A DNA stretch of 64,000 bases from an uncultured Actinomycetota bacterium. Its GTDB lineage: Bacteria > Actinomycetota > Actinomycetes > Propionibacteriales > Nocardioidaceae. The position numbers and the translations under genes are program-made. Shown piece by piece: positions 41,673 to 51,931 of this stretch. Location: the NCBI GenBank assembly GCA_963845215.1, contig CAWJRK010000016.1, positions 74,609-138,608 of the forward strand. The letters run 5' to 3'. Each line of letters begins with the position of its first letter. The first letter of the stretch is position 1. The notes below the pieces were generated by a model that did not search any database, was not told the origin of the DNA, and saw only the letters and a program-made list of their open reading frames with translations.

Positions 41673-41711
41673 CGCATCACGTCTAGGGGTCGCCACCAGC
41701 CGATCACTGCG

Positions 41712-41800
41712 CGGAGGCGGCGGGATTTGAACCCGCGAGAGGGATTAACCTCAACCCGCTTAGCAGGCGGGCGCCATAAACCGGACTAGGCGACGCCTCC
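41712..41800 (-). tRNA. tRNA-Ser(GCT)
   Basis: GGAGGCG acceptor stem, CCCGC-CTGCTAA-GCGGG, long variable arm, GGTTCAAATCC. Confidence 0.95.
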
Positions 41801-41893
41801 TCCGCGACCCAGGAGCCAGGCTCCTCGGACAGCCCGCACAGGTTACTAGCAGGCCCCGCGGGTGGACGAATCGGATCGGGTCCCGGGCACGCG

Positions 41894-42355
41894 CTAGAGG
41901 GGACGCAGGCCGTGGCCGCGCTGGAGGCGGCTCCGCAGCTCGCGCACGAACTCGTCGCGGTCGACCTCCAGCGCCGCCACCGGCAGCACGGTCGACCCGC
42001 CCTCGCGCAGCCGCAGCTCCAGGCAGGGAGCCCCACGGACAGAGGTAGCGCCGGCGTCGGTCACCTCGGCCCACTTCGCCTCCCGTACGCCGGCACCTCG
42101 CACCAGGCCGACCCGATAGCCGTCGGCCTCGAACCGGATGACGTAGGCCCGGGTGCGCAGCCACCAGGCCAGCACGAACATGCCGATCACACCCAGCCCC
42201 AGCAGTGCGGTCAGCAGGTCGCCCGGCAAGTCGGCGACCGCCACCAGCGCGGTGACCGCGAACAGCAGTAGGGCGAGCGCCACGAGATAGGACCCGACCA
42301 TCCGGGCCACCAGCAACGGCGCGAGCCGATAGTCGGACACAGCTGACTCGCTCAT
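41894..42355 (-). CDS. Hypothetical membrane protein (2 TM plus PH-like tail)
   Basis: Two hydrophobic helices followed by a beta-rich domain. Confidence 0.65.
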   Translation of the reverse strand: MSESAVSDYRLAPLLVARMVGSYLVALALLLFAVTALVAVADLPGDLLTALLGLGVIGMFVLAWWLRTRAYVIRFEADGYRVGLVRGAGVREAKWAEVTDAGATSVRGAPCLELRLREGGSTVLPVAALEVDRDEFVRELRSRLQRGHGLRPL

Positions 42356-42450
42356 GGAGTGATTGAACAAGACACCTGATTTGCCCCGGCATCCGGCCTT
42401 GTTAGGAGACGAGATCAGAGTCATGCTCGAACCCCGGGCGCGAGGAGCTG

Positions 42451-42840
42451 GTGGCATTGGCGATCGTCACGACAGGAATGACTGCGGCACTGCAGGGTCT
42501 GGATCAGTCCCTCGACGCTCCGCGGCGCGACGGCATCGCCCTCGGCAACTGGCGCTGGACCGTCCGCCAACGGATGGCCGCGGTGCGCGACGCGCTCGTC
42601 GGCGAGGTCGGCGACCCGGACGACGGATGGCTGGCAGCCCGTGGCGGCACGGCGTTCCGGGAGCGCAACGTGCTGCTCGGCCGGATGGTCGAGATCGGCC
42701 CCCTGGTGCTGGAGAGCCCCGACGTCGAGGCGATCCGGCTCGAGGTGAAGCGGTTGCTCGCCGACATCGGGCGCCACATGCAGCGGCTCAACGATCTCGC
42801 CTACGACGAGGTAGAGCTGGAGCTCGGCGGCTCGGAGTGA
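42451..42840 (+). CDS. Hypothetical helical protein
   Basis: Coding-like ORF ending DLAYDEVELELGGSE. Confidence 0.65.
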   Translation: MALAIVTTGMTAALQGLDQSLDAPRRDGIALGNWRWTVRQRMAAVRDALVGEVGDPDDGWLAARGGTAFRERNVLLGRMVEIGPLVLESPDVEAIRLEVKRLLADIGRHMQRLNDLAYDEVELELGGSE

Positions 42841-42985
42841 GCCGGAGCAGAGCTCGACCGATCCGCCCAGCGGGATCCGCGCGTACGCCGCACCGCCCTC
42901 ACCCTCGAGTCAGGCGTCGATGCTGCGCGCCAGCTGGGCCACGTCGAGGTGGTCGCCGTCGCCTGGTTTGGCCTTCACCTCCCGT

Positions 42986-43080
42986 GGTCTCGACACGCCC
43001 GCTACGGCTTCGTTCCTCAGCCGTGGGGCTTGCTCGACCTGCGCTCCGTCGCGGCCTCGTTCCTCGGCCGCGGGAGCTTG
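42986..43080. repeat. REP-like element downstream of tRNA-Ser(TGA)
   Basis: GGTCTCGACACGC..TCGTTCCTC..GCTTGCTCGACC plus a second hairpin. Confidence 0.75.
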
Positions 43081-43082
43081 AG

Positions 43083-43171
43083 CAGAGGGGGCGGGATTCG
43101 AACCCGCGGCTGACATCTCTGCCAGCGATCGCTTTCAAGGCGATTCCGATCGGCCACTCCGGCACCCCTCC
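43083..43171 (-). tRNA. tRNA-Ser(TGA)
   Basis: GGAGGGG acceptor stem, ATCGC-CTTGAAA-GCGAT, long variable arm, GGTTCGAATCC. Confidence 0.95.
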
Positions 43172-43226
43172 GTGCTGGTGCGCGAGCGCACCGGCCCACC
43201 GAGTTTAGGGGAGGCGTCAGGGACTC

Positions 43227-44231
43227 CTACAGCAAGGCGTGCGTGCGTGGGGGCTCGGGCCGGACCGCTGCGGCGCCCTCGGCGACCCGCGCGCGGCGGC
43301 CGCGGCGACCGCCCGGGGGACCGGTGAGGGCGAGGTCCAGCCGGATGACCAGCCAGCCGATGAGCCAGGCCCACCCGATGCCGTAGACGACGGACAGGCC
43401 GCTCTCGCGGATCGTGATGGCCGGGTTGACGAGGGAGTTGGCCGCGGCCGAGGTCCCGGCGACGCCGAAGGCACAGACCCACCAGCCCTGCCGGCGCCGG
43501 GCGCGCATGTGGCAGCCCCAGGCCAGCGCCGGGATGCCGAGCACGGTCTCGATCGGGCGCGGGAAGGCGCCGAGGGTGGAGCGCGACCAGCGGACGGCGT
43601 CGAGCAGGGTCTCGACCAGGCCGGGCGTGCCGTAGCGGCGGAGCAGCTCGGCGTACAGCAGCGTGCCGGCGAGCACCACGCTGCCGATGGTGACGACGAC
43701 CGCACCTCTGCGGCCCAGGCCGTGGAGTCCGGCGCCGAGCCGGTAGACCAGGAAGAACGCACCGGCGAGGGCGAGCACGAACGTGACGTACTCGAACCTG
43801 GCGACCGCGATCGACGGCTCGAAACCGACGGTGGCCAATGCGCCGATGCCGCCGATCACCATCGCGATCAGACACTCACGGATGACGTGCAGGAAGCGCA
43901 CGGCAGGCACGGTCGCCATCACGCCGAGCACGGAGGCGATCACGCAGGTCATCACCGCGGACCCTGTGCGCAGGTAGCCCTCGTCGGTGACCAGGGTGAC
44001 CACGCCGACGAGCAGCGCGAGCCCGCTGAAGACGATCGGCCGACCGCCGGTGCGCGCGGCCAGGGTGGCGGTGAACGTGACCGCGATCAAGACCGCGCCG
44101 ACGCCGTCCAGCCAGTCGGGACCCACCGGCACGATCGCCGCGACCAGGGCTGCCAGCCCGAGCAGGGTCAGCGCGCAGAAAAGAGCCGCGGCGGGAAGCC
44201 GCCGGCGCTGCTGATCGGCGGGTCCGGACAC
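43227..44231 (-). CDS. Multi-pass membrane hypothetical protein
   Basis: About ten hydrophobic segments. Confidence 0.7.
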   Translation of the reverse strand: MSGPADQQRRRLPAAALFCALTLLGLAALVAAIVPVGPDWLDGVGAVLIAVTFTATLAARTGGRPIVFSGLALLVGVVTLVTDEGYLRTGSAVMTCVIASVLGVMATVPAVRFLHVIRECLIAMVIGGIGALATVGFEPSIAVARFEYVTFVLALAGAFFLVYRLGAGLHGLGRRGAVVVTIGSVVLAGTLLYAELLRRYGTPGLVETLLDAVRWSRSTLGAFPRPIETVLGIPALAWGCHMRARRRQGWWVCAFGVAGTSAAANSLVNPAITIRESGLSVVYGIGWAWLIGWLVIRLDLALTGPPGGRRGRRARVAEGAAAVRPEPPRTHALL

Positions 44232-44242
44232 AGTGGACGAGG

Positions 44243-45007
44243 TTACAGACGGCGGTTCGCGAGCGAGGGATTGGTGGCCCGAGCCGAGACCAGGACCTCG
44301 TGGTCCAGCCGCGCGCGCAGGACCGCCGGACCGTCGCCGGCCTCGGCCAGCACGTCGCCGAGCGGGTCCACCACCAGCGAGTGACCGCTGTAGCGCGGGC
44401 CCGGTTGGGCGGCCGCGGCGACGTACACGGTGTTCTCGATGGCGCGGGCTCGCACCAAGGTGGTCCAGTGGTCCACCTTGCGGGGACCGGCGACCCAGGC
44501 CGCCGGGAGCACCAGCAGCTCGGCGCCGCGCTCGACGAGCAGCCGGGCCAGCTCCGGGAACCTCAGGTCGTAGCAGGTCATCAGCCCCACCTGCCAGCCG
44601 CCGACGCTGACCACGGTCGGCGCGACCGGGCCGGCGACCAGCCGGTCGGACTCCCGGTAGCCGAACGAGTCGTAGAGGTGGATCTTCCGGTACGCCGCCT
44701 CCGCGGTGCCCCTCATCACCAGCGTGTTGTGGGGGCGGGCCGGGTCCGCGCTGGACTCGAACATGCCGGCCACGACGGTCGTCGATCTGGCGGTGGCGGC
44801 GGCAGCCACCTGCTGCACGAACGGGCCGTCCAGCGCCTCGGCGTACTCGCTCACGTCGGAGCCGGCCTCGCCGAAGTCGCGGGCGAAGGCCTCGGGGAAC
44901 ACCACCAGGTCGGCACCCTCCGGCGTGAGCTCGACCAGCCGGTCGCGGTTGGCCTCCGGGTCGAGCCCGGCCGCCTCCTGCACCAGGGCAATCTCGAGAG
45001 CGGTCAC
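44243..45007 (-). CDS. Carbon-nitrogen hydrolase (Nit1-like)
   Basis: VFPE, YRKIHLYD, TCYDLRFPE, RARAIEN. Confidence 0.9.
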   Translation of the reverse strand: MTALEIALVQEAAGLDPEANRDRLVELTPEGADLVVFPEAFARDFGEAGSDVSEYAEALDGPFVQQVAAAATARSTTVVAGMFESSADPARPHNTLVMRGTAEAAYRKIHLYDSFGYRESDRLVAGPVAPTVVSVGGWQVGLMTCYDLRFPELARLLVERGAELLVLPAAWVAGPRKVDHWTTLVRARAIENTVYVAAAAQPGPRYSGHSLVVDPLGDVLAEAGDGPAVLRARLDHEVLVSARATNPSLANRRL

Positions 45008-45048
45008 GTGCCCAGCCTGCCACCCCACGGCGGTGGGACACTTTCGCC

Positions 45049-45618
45049 ATGGGGGATCTGACCAGCTTCAGCGCGGTGATCCTCGCCGGCGGGCAGGCGG
45101 CGCGGCTCGGCGGCGTCGACAAGGCCTCGGTCGAGGTGGACGGCCGGACCCTGCTCGCGCACTGCCTCGAGGCGGTGATCGACGCGGCCGAGGTGGTCGT
45201 CGTGGGTGATCCGGTCCTCACCGACCGACCGGTGACGTTCACGGTGGAGAGCCCCAGGTACGGCGGCCCGGTTGCGGCCCTGCTGACCGGCTGCGACGCA
45301 CTGCTGCGGACGTCGCCGACGATCGCCGTGCTCGCCGTCGACATGCCCCGGCTCGACTCCCGCACGCTGCGGCGCCTGCACGACGCCGCGGCCGACAGTG
45401 ACGGCGCCGTGCTGGTCGACCCCACCGGCCGGCGGCAGCTCGCGTTCGTGGTGGACCGGGAGCGGCTCGAGGCGGTGCGGCCGGATCACGAGGCGCAGCA
45501 CGGGATGGCGCTGCGCGAGCTGCTGGGCCGGCTCGACCTCACCGAGGTCGGCGCCATCGGCGACGAGCACCGCGACGTCGACACCTGGCGCGACCTGCGG
45601 GACATCCAGCAGAGTTGA
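45049..45618 (+). CDS. mobA: Molybdenum cofactor guanylyltransferase-like NTP transferase
   Basis: VILAGGQAARLGGVDK, GGPVAA, LAVDMP, DVDTW. Confidence 0.85.
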   Translation: MGDLTSFSAVILAGGQAARLGGVDKASVEVDGRTLLAHCLEAVIDAAEVVVVGDPVLTDRPVTFTVESPRYGGPVAALLTGCDALLRTSPTIAVLAVDMPRLDSRTLRRLHDAAADSDGAVLVDPTGRRQLAFVVDRERLEAVRPDHEAQHGMALRELLGRLDLTEVGAIGDEHRDVDTWRDLRDIQQS

Positions 45619-45678
45619 GAAGTCGCAGATCGGGATTCGGGGTTGCGAGAGGTCAGGACTCAGAGCAGTCTGGTGAAC

Positions 45679-46008
45679 GTGAACCTCCACGACTGGATCG
45701 ACGAGCTCTGTGACGTCCTGGACATCGAGGCCGAGGTCGACGAAGGCCTGATCGCGGACCTGGTCAAGCTGACCAAGGAGAACGTGGAACCGGCCGCCGC
45801 CCCCGTCACGGCGTTCCTGCTCGGGGTCGCCGCCGGCGAGAACGCCGACCCGGAGGCGGTCGAGAAGCTGGCCGCTCGCGCCCAGGTGCTGGCCGAGGGC
45901 TGGGACAAACCGGCCGACGCACCGGACCCGATCGACATCGACGACGAGATCCCCGACGACACCGGGGTCGACCACAGCGCTGACGAGCTCGACGAGCTCG
46001 AGGTATGA
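45679..46008 (+). CDS. DUF6457-like protein
   Basis: LHDWIDEL..AAPVTAFLLG; follows mobA. Confidence 0.65.
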   Translation: MNLHDWIDELCDVLDIEAEVDEGLIADLVKLTKENVEPAAAPVTAFLLGVAAGENADPEAVEKLAARAQVLAEGWDKPADAPDPIDIDDEIPDDTGVDHSADELDELEV

Positions 46009-46983
46009 GAGCTGTTGTCGCAGATGGTGCTGGTGGTCCCGAGGTCCTGAGTGTCGCCGACGTAGCCGACGTCGAGCCGGGTGTCGGCGAGGTCGCGATC
46101 GCCGTGGCGGCGACGGCCATCAACCGCGCCGATCTCCTGCAGCGGCAGAGCTTCTACCCGCCCCCTCCCGGCGCGTCGGAGGTGCTGGGCCTGGAGTGCA
46201 GTGGCGAGATCGCCGCCGTCGGCGAGGGCGTGACCGACTGGCAGGTCGGCGACCGGGTGTGCGCGTTGCTGGCCGGCGGTGGCTACGCGTCGCGGGTCGT
46301 GTGCGCGGCCGGACAGGTCATGCCGGTGCCGAACGGCGTCGACCTGGTGAGTGCGGCGGCCCTGCCCGAGGTGGCGTGCACGGTGTGGTCCAACGTGTTC
46401 ATGGTGGCCGGCATCAAGCCACACGAGTCGTTCCTCGTGCACGGCGGCGCCGGCGGCATCGGCAGCTTCGCCATCCAGCTGGTGCACCAGCTCGGCGCCC
46501 GCGTCTTCACGACCGGCGGCACTCGCGAGAAGCTGGCGTTCTGCGCCGAGCTCGGCGCCGACGTCACGATCAGCTACCGAGACCAGGACTTCGTCGAGGT
46601 GGTCCGCGAGCAGACCGACGGCGCCGGCGTCGACGTCATCCTGGACAACATGGGCGCAAAGTACCTCGGTCGCAACGTCGACGCGCTGGCCACCGAGGGC
46701 CGCCTGGTCGTGATCGGCATGCAGGGCGGCACCAAGGGTCGAGCTCGACCTCAGCGTCCTGCTGCGCAAGCGCGGCGCCGTGATCGCTACGGCGTTGCGC
46801 AGCCGGCCGGTCGCCGAGAAGTCCGCGATCTGCGCCTCGGTCGTCGAACACGTGTGGCCGCTGGTGGCCGAGGGGCTGGTGCGGCCGATCGTGCACACGA
46901 CGATGCCGCTCGACGACGTCGCCGCCGCGCACGCGCTGATGGAGTCCGGCGACCACACCGGGAAGATCGTGCTGACGGTCTGA
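46005..46983 (+). CDS. NAD(P)H-quinone oxidoreductase (frameshift ~46740)
   Basis: INRADLLQ, LGLECSG, HGGAGGIG, HTGKIVL. Confidence 0.88.
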
Positions 46984-47024
46984 GGCGTGCCGTTGCTGCT
47001 TCATCACGGTATGCAGCCGGACCT

Positions 47025-47058
47025 CCGCTTCCCATGGTGAGCACCCCGTGGGAAGCGG
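47025..47058. terminator. Hairpin after the quinone oxidoreductase gene
   Basis: CCGCTTCCCATGG / CCGTGGGAAGCGG. Confidence 0.55.
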
Positions 47059-47111
47059 CGGCTCCCTGCATCCCTTGGTGAAGCGTCACACGCGCCACCT
47101 AGGCTGGAGCC

Positions 47112-47727
47112 ATGAGCGAGCCGCAGGCAGACCAGCCCGACGAGCAGGAGCAGCACGTCGTGATCATCGGTCCCGACGGACAGCCGGTGGGCTCGGTGCC
47201 CGCCTCGGCCCTGGCTGTCGGCGACGACGACGGGGGAGAGCGACGGCGAGGGCGAGCGGTCGATCACCGACCTGGTCGAGCAGCCGGCCAAGGTGATGCG
47301 GATCGGCAGCATGATCCGCCAGCTTCTCGAAGAGGTGAAGTCGGCGCCGCTCGACGAGGCCAGCCGCAACCGGCTCAAGGAGATCCACCAGGCCTCGATC
47401 GACGAGCTCGAGGAGGGCCTGGCCCCCGAGCTGGTCGAGGAGCTCAACCGGCTGGCGCTGCCGTTCTCCGACGACGTCACCCCATCGGACGGCGAGCTGC
47501 GAATCGCCCAGGCCCAGCTGGTGGGCTGGCTCGAGGGCCTCTTCCACGGCATCCAGACGGCGATCTACGCCCAGCAGATGGCCGCGAAGGCCCAGTTCGA
47601 GCAGATCCGGCGGGCCTTGCCGCCCGGCATGATGCCGCAGCAGGGTCAGCCAGGGGATGACGGTCAGCCCGGCCAGCCCGGTCAGGCGTCGGAGGAGAAG
47701 CCGCCGAGCAGCGGCATGTACCTCTAG
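47112..47727 (+). CDS. bpa: Bacterial proteasome activator (frameshift ~47245)
   Basis: KVMRIGSMIRQLLEEV, ELRIAQAQLVGWLEGLFHGIQ, C-terminal GMYL. Confidence 0.92.
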
Positions 47728-48370
47728 GAGCGCGGCCGCGCCAGGCGGCGTACGACGGCGAGGCCGAGCAGGCCGATGAGCACCAGGGCGAGACCGGGCG
47801 CGGCGACGCGGGTCAGCGACGCGGGTTCGTCGGTGTCGACCGGGGTGAACGTCACCTCGACCGGGACGGGTTCCTCCGTGGCACCGGGGTGCGACCCTGC
47901 CGAGCCGGTCTGCTCGACCTGATTCACGAGAGCCGGGATCGCGATCCGTCGTGCCGCCGCAGCCGGTCGCGGTGAAGCCCTCGTCGGACTCCACGAAGAA
48001 GATGTACTGCTCGCCCAGCTCGAGGTCGCGGGTGCAGTTGCCGAACGCCGCGGGGGTGACCACCTCGACGGTCTCGGTGCGTGATCATGTCGCCCGTGTA
48101 GACGCGGTCCACCAGGACGGTGCTGGTGCGGGAGGTCGGCGGCACCGTGGTGCTGGCGCCCGCGATCGCCTCGACGGTGCCGGTGAAGACCGCATTCGCC
48201 TCCTTGAGGTGGTCCGCCATGTCGGTGGCTGCCCTGGGCAGCACGTGCACGGCGCCGCGGGGGCTCCACTGCGCGGCCGGACCGACCAGCACGGAGGCGC
48301 CCGCGAAGAACACGACGACGAGCAGGCGGCGATAGGTCCCCACGAGCCCCATCAGAACAGATCGGACCAA
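47724..48370 (-). CDS. Exported CxC (NTR/TIMP-like) protein with C-terminal TM anchor; several frameshifts
   Basis: Signal peptide, CTC, AVFTGTV, C..L.LGEQYIFF, CGGT, TM plus RR. Confidence 0.5.
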
Positions 48371-48427
48371 GACCCAGCCAGTCGGTCCAGGCGACCGAGC
48401 GTCAGTCGCCCACTCCGAACGGGTCCA

Positions 48428-49179
48428 TCAGCACGCGCGCCACCCCGTCGTCGTGGTTCGAAGCGCACACGTGGGTCGGCGACCTCGATCACGGTCGGAT
48501 CGGCGTTGGCCACGGCGTACGCCGTGCCCGCCCACTCGAGCATGGCGATGTCGTTGGGCATGTCGCCGAAGGCCAGCACCTCGGCGGCGGAGACGCCGAG
48601 CTCTCGGCAGCCGGGCCAGCGTCGCCGCCTTGGTGATGCCCGCGCACTGATCTCCATCAGCCGGTCTCCCGACCAGGTCGGCGTGCGACGTCGCCGACCG
48701 CGGCCATGACCCGCCCCGGAACTCCGCCGGATCGACCTCGTGCTGCACCAGCACTTGACGGCGGCTCGGTCCAGACGTCGGCGAGCGGCCGACCGGACTG
48801 CCCGCGGCGACCCGTGGTGGTCGACGTAGCGGCGGTCCATCGCGATGCCCGAGAGCGTCTCGACGGCGAAGCCGGCGTCGGGCACCGCTCGCTCGATCGC
48901 CGCGACCAGCGCAGCCCGGCCTCCACCTCGATGCCGCGCAGGTCGCGCACCCGGTCGCCGCGACGTCGTACCAGATCGCGCCGTTGCTACGATCGCGAAG
49001 CCGTGGCGCCGACCATCGGCCACAGGTCGTCCATCCAGCGCAGGGGCGGCGGTCACCAGCACGACCGGCACGTCGCGCTCGTCGAGCTCGGCGAGCACCC
49101 GCTGGGTCAGCTCGGAGACGCTCCCGTCGCTGCGCACCAGGGTGCCGTCGAGGTCGGTGGCGACCAGCCTGGGGGCCAT
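48428..49179 (-). CDS. Cof-type HAD hydrolase, heavily frameshifted
   Basis: LVATDLDGTL..AFGDMPNDIAML. Confidence 0.75.
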
Positions 49180-49652
49180 CAGGTGAGCGCGGGGCGCGCC
49201 ATCACCAGCTCGCCGTCCTCCGTGCTGCCGCGCAGCTCGGTGAAGCCACACTTGGCCAGCACCCGGAGGCTGGCGGTGTTGTGGGGCAGCACGCTCGCCC
49301 GCAGTCGTACGCCGATCCGCTGCGTCTCGGTGATCAGGGCCTGCACCGCTTCGGTGGCGATCCCCTGGCCGCGCACGCCCTCGACCAGGCCGTAGCCGAT
49401 CTCGGTCTCGCCGTCGGTCGGCGGCCCGAAGCAGCCGATCGACCCCACTGCAAGGCGGTCGAGCACCACGTGTCGCGGGCCGAACGGATCGGCGCCGTCG
49501 CGCACCATCGACGCGGCGTCGACGTCGTCCTGGCGCGGATAGTCCGGGTGCCAGCGGTCCTGGTGGCGACCGGCGAGCATGTCGGCGGCATCGTCGGGAC
49601 TGATCAGCACCAACCTCAGCCGGGGGGTGCTGATCAGGGCGGGCAGGCTCAT
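49179..49652 (-). CDS. GNAT acetyltransferase (RimJ/L type)
   Basis: EIGYGL..RGQGIATEA, NTASLRVLAKCGF. Confidence 0.85.
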   Translation of the reverse strand: MSLPALISTPRLRLVLISPDDAADMLAGRHQDRWHPDYPRQDDVDAASMVRDGADPFGPRHVVLDRLAVGSIGCFGPPTDGETEIGYGLVEGVRGQGIATEAVQALITETQRIGVRLRASVLPHNTASLRVLAKCGFTELRGSTEDGELVMARPALT

Positions 49653-50473
49653 CAGAAGTACTGCTCCAGCACCACGGCCGCGCCGTCCTCGTAGACCGAC
49701 ACCGTGACGTCGTCGGCGGCGTCGATCACCTCCTGGATGGCCTGCCCCATGGCCACCCCGCGGCCGGCCCACTGGAGCATCTCGATGTCGTTGCGGCCGT
49801 CGCCGATCGCCAGCACGTCGGCCGCCTCGAGGCCGAGCTCGCGACACACGTGCTCGAGGCCGGACGCCTTGTCCACGCCCACAGGGGACAGGTCGAGCCA
49901 GGCCGTCCAGCCGACCACGTAGTTGGTGCCGTGCAGGCCCAGCTCGTCGGCGAGCGCCACGAAGTCGTCGGCGCTGGCCTCGGGGTCGCGGATGATCACC
50001 CGGCTCACCGGACCGCCCACGAGGTCGTCGAGGTCGGTCTGGATCATCTCCCCCGACAGCTCGCCCTCGGGGAACGGGCCGCTGACGCGATAGCCGACGC
50101 CGCGCTCCTCCACCGCGACCAGGGCGGTGGGCTGGCGTTCGAGGATCGCCTGCACAGCCGGGCTCGCGTCGAAGGTCTCCTCGTGCACCACCTCGAGCGG
50201 CGGGTAGCGGAAGATCACGGCGCCGTTGCTGGCCACGACCCAGACCCTCTCCTCACCCTGGCCCCTCAGATCGAGGAGGTCGGCGATCGGGGTCATGCCG
50301 TGCGGCGAGCGACCCGAGGCCAGCACGACGTGGGCGCCGGCCTCGAGGGCACGGTGGACGGCGTCGTAGACCCTCTGCTCGATCTGCTCATAGGTCATCC
50401 CGGCACCCTCGACCCACTTGAGCAGGGTGCCGTCGATGTCGAGCGCGACCAGGCGCGGGGTCCAGTCGCTCAC
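49652..50473 (-). CDS. Cof-type HAD hydrolase
   Basis: [23 protein letters not shown]. Confidence 0.88.
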   Translation of the reverse strand: MSDWTPRLVALDIDGTLLKWVEGAGMTYEQIEQRVYDAVHRALEAGAHVVLASGRSPHGMTPIADLLDLRGQGEERVWVVASNGAVIFRYPPLEVVHEETFDASPAVQAILERQPTALVAVEERGVGYRVSGPFPEGELSGEMIQTDLDDLVGGPVSRVIIRDPEASADDFVALADELGLHGTNYVVGWTAWLDLSPVGVDKASGLEHVCRELGLEAADVLAIGDGRNDIEMLQWAGRGVAMGQAIQEVIDAADDVTVSVYEDGAAVVLEQYF

Positions 50474-51735
50474 TTCGCGAGGGGCTCCAGCACGTCGCGG
50501 CCCATCCACGTGCGCAGCGCCTGCGGCACCACCACCGAGCCGTCGGCCTGCTGATGGGTCTCGAGGATGGCCACGATCGCGCGGGGCACCGCACACAGCG
50601 TGCCGTTGAGGGTGGCGACCGGCCCGACCGCCTCCCCGAACCGGCCCCGGGTGTCGAGCCGGCGGGTCTGGAAGTCGGTGCAGTTGGAGGTCGAGGTGAG
50701 CTCGCGGTACTTGCCCTGGGTCGGGATCCACGCCTCGCAGTCGAACTTGCGCTGCGCCGACAGCCCCAGGTCACCGGCCGCGGTGTCGATCACCTGGTAG
50801 GCCAGCTCGAGCTTGTCGAGGAAGCCCTTCTCGATATCCAGGAGCCGCTGGTGCTCGGCGTAGGAGTCCTCGACGGTCGAGTAGACGAACATCTCGACCT
50901 TGTCGAACCAGTGCACCCGGATGATGCCCTTGGTGTCCTTGCCGTGCGAGCCGGCCTCCTTGCGGAAGCACGGGCTGAACGCCGCGTAGCGCAGCGGCAG
51001 GGCGTCGCCGTCGAGGATCTCGTCGGAGTGGTACGCCGCCATCGGCACCTCGCTGGTGCCGACGAGGTACATGTCCTGACCCTCGATGCGGTAGACGTCG
51101 TCAGCGGCCTGGCCGAGGAAGCCGGTGCCGTCCATCGCCCGCGGCTTCACCATCGACGGCGCGATCACCTGGCTGAATCCGTGCTCGCGGGCGTGCTCGT
51201 TGGCGAGGTTGATCAGGGCGAACTCGAGCTCGGCCCCGACCCCGGTGAGGAAGTAGAAGCGCCCGCCCGAGACCTTGGCGCCGCGCTCGAGGTCGATCGC
51301 GCCGAGCATCCGGCCGAGCTCCACGTGGTCACGCGGCTCGAAGTCGAACTCCCGCGGGGTGCCGATGGTCTCCAGCACGACGAAGTCGTCCTCACCGCCG
51401 GCCGGTGCCTCGTCGGCCGCCAGGTTGGGGATCGACCAGATCGCGTCGTGCCATTCCTGCTCGGCAACCCCCTGCGCGGCCTCGGCGTCCTTCACCTCGG
51501 CCGAGAGCGTCTTGGTCTGCGCGAGCAGCGCCTGCTTCTCCTCACCCTGCGCCTGCGGGATCAGCTTGCCGAGCTGCTTCTGCTCGGCCCGCTTGGCCTC
51601 GAAGTCGGCGATGGCCCGGCGGCGCTCGGTGTCAGCGGAAAGAGCACGGTCGACCACCTCGTCGGACAGCCCGCGCTTGGCCTGGGCGGCACGCACGCGG
51701 TCTGGGTCGTCACGGAGGATGCGAGGGTCGATCAT
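50470..51735 (-). CDS. serS: Serine-tRNA ligase
   Basis: [47 protein letters not shown]. Confidence 0.98.
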   Translation of the reverse strand: MIDPRILRDDPDRVRAAQAKRGLSDEVVDRALSADTERRRAIADFEAKRAEQKQLGKLIPQAQGEEKQALLAQTKTLSAEVKDAEAAQGVAEQEWHDAIWSIPNLAADEAPAGGEDDFVVLETIGTPREFDFEPRDHVELGRMLGAIDLERGAKVSGGRFYFLTGVGAELEFALINLANEHAREHGFSQVIAPSMVKPRAMDGTGFLGQAADDVYRIEGQDMYLVGTSEVPMAAYHSDEILDGDALPLRYAAFSPCFRKEAGSHGKDTKGIIRVHWFDKVEMFVYSTVEDSYAEHQRLLDIEKGFLDKLELAYQVIDTAAGDLGLSAQRKFDCEAWIPTQGKYRELTSTSNCTDFQTRRLDTRGRFGEAVGPVATLNGTLCAVPRAIVAILETHQQADGSVVVPQALRTWMGRDVLEPLAK

Positions 51736-51749
51736 GGTAGGAGGTTACC

Positions 51750-51848
51750 GAGCAGCCGACTGCGAGGTACGAGCAGTCGGCGTGGGCTCGGGAAGGTCGA
51801 GCAAGCGGCACGCCTGAGCTGGCGAAGGCGTAGCCGCGTGTCGAGACC
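51750..51848. repeat. REP-like element (minus orientation)
   Basis: GGTCGAGCAAGC..GCGTGTCGAGACC preceded by a CGAGGTACGA-loop hairpin. Confidence 0.75.
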
Positions 51849-51931
51849 TCGTCCCCCGGACGGCCCTTCACCCGAGTTACCTGCGGTAGCCCATACTTGT
51901 CCGCTGTCCACCTGCGCACGAGAGGAACCGC

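Noticed and set aside
43227-45425. 732-aa ORF, and apparent fusions such as 11835-13451 and 20092-22116
   Set aside because: Upstream extensions run through other frames of real genes; the true starts are internal.
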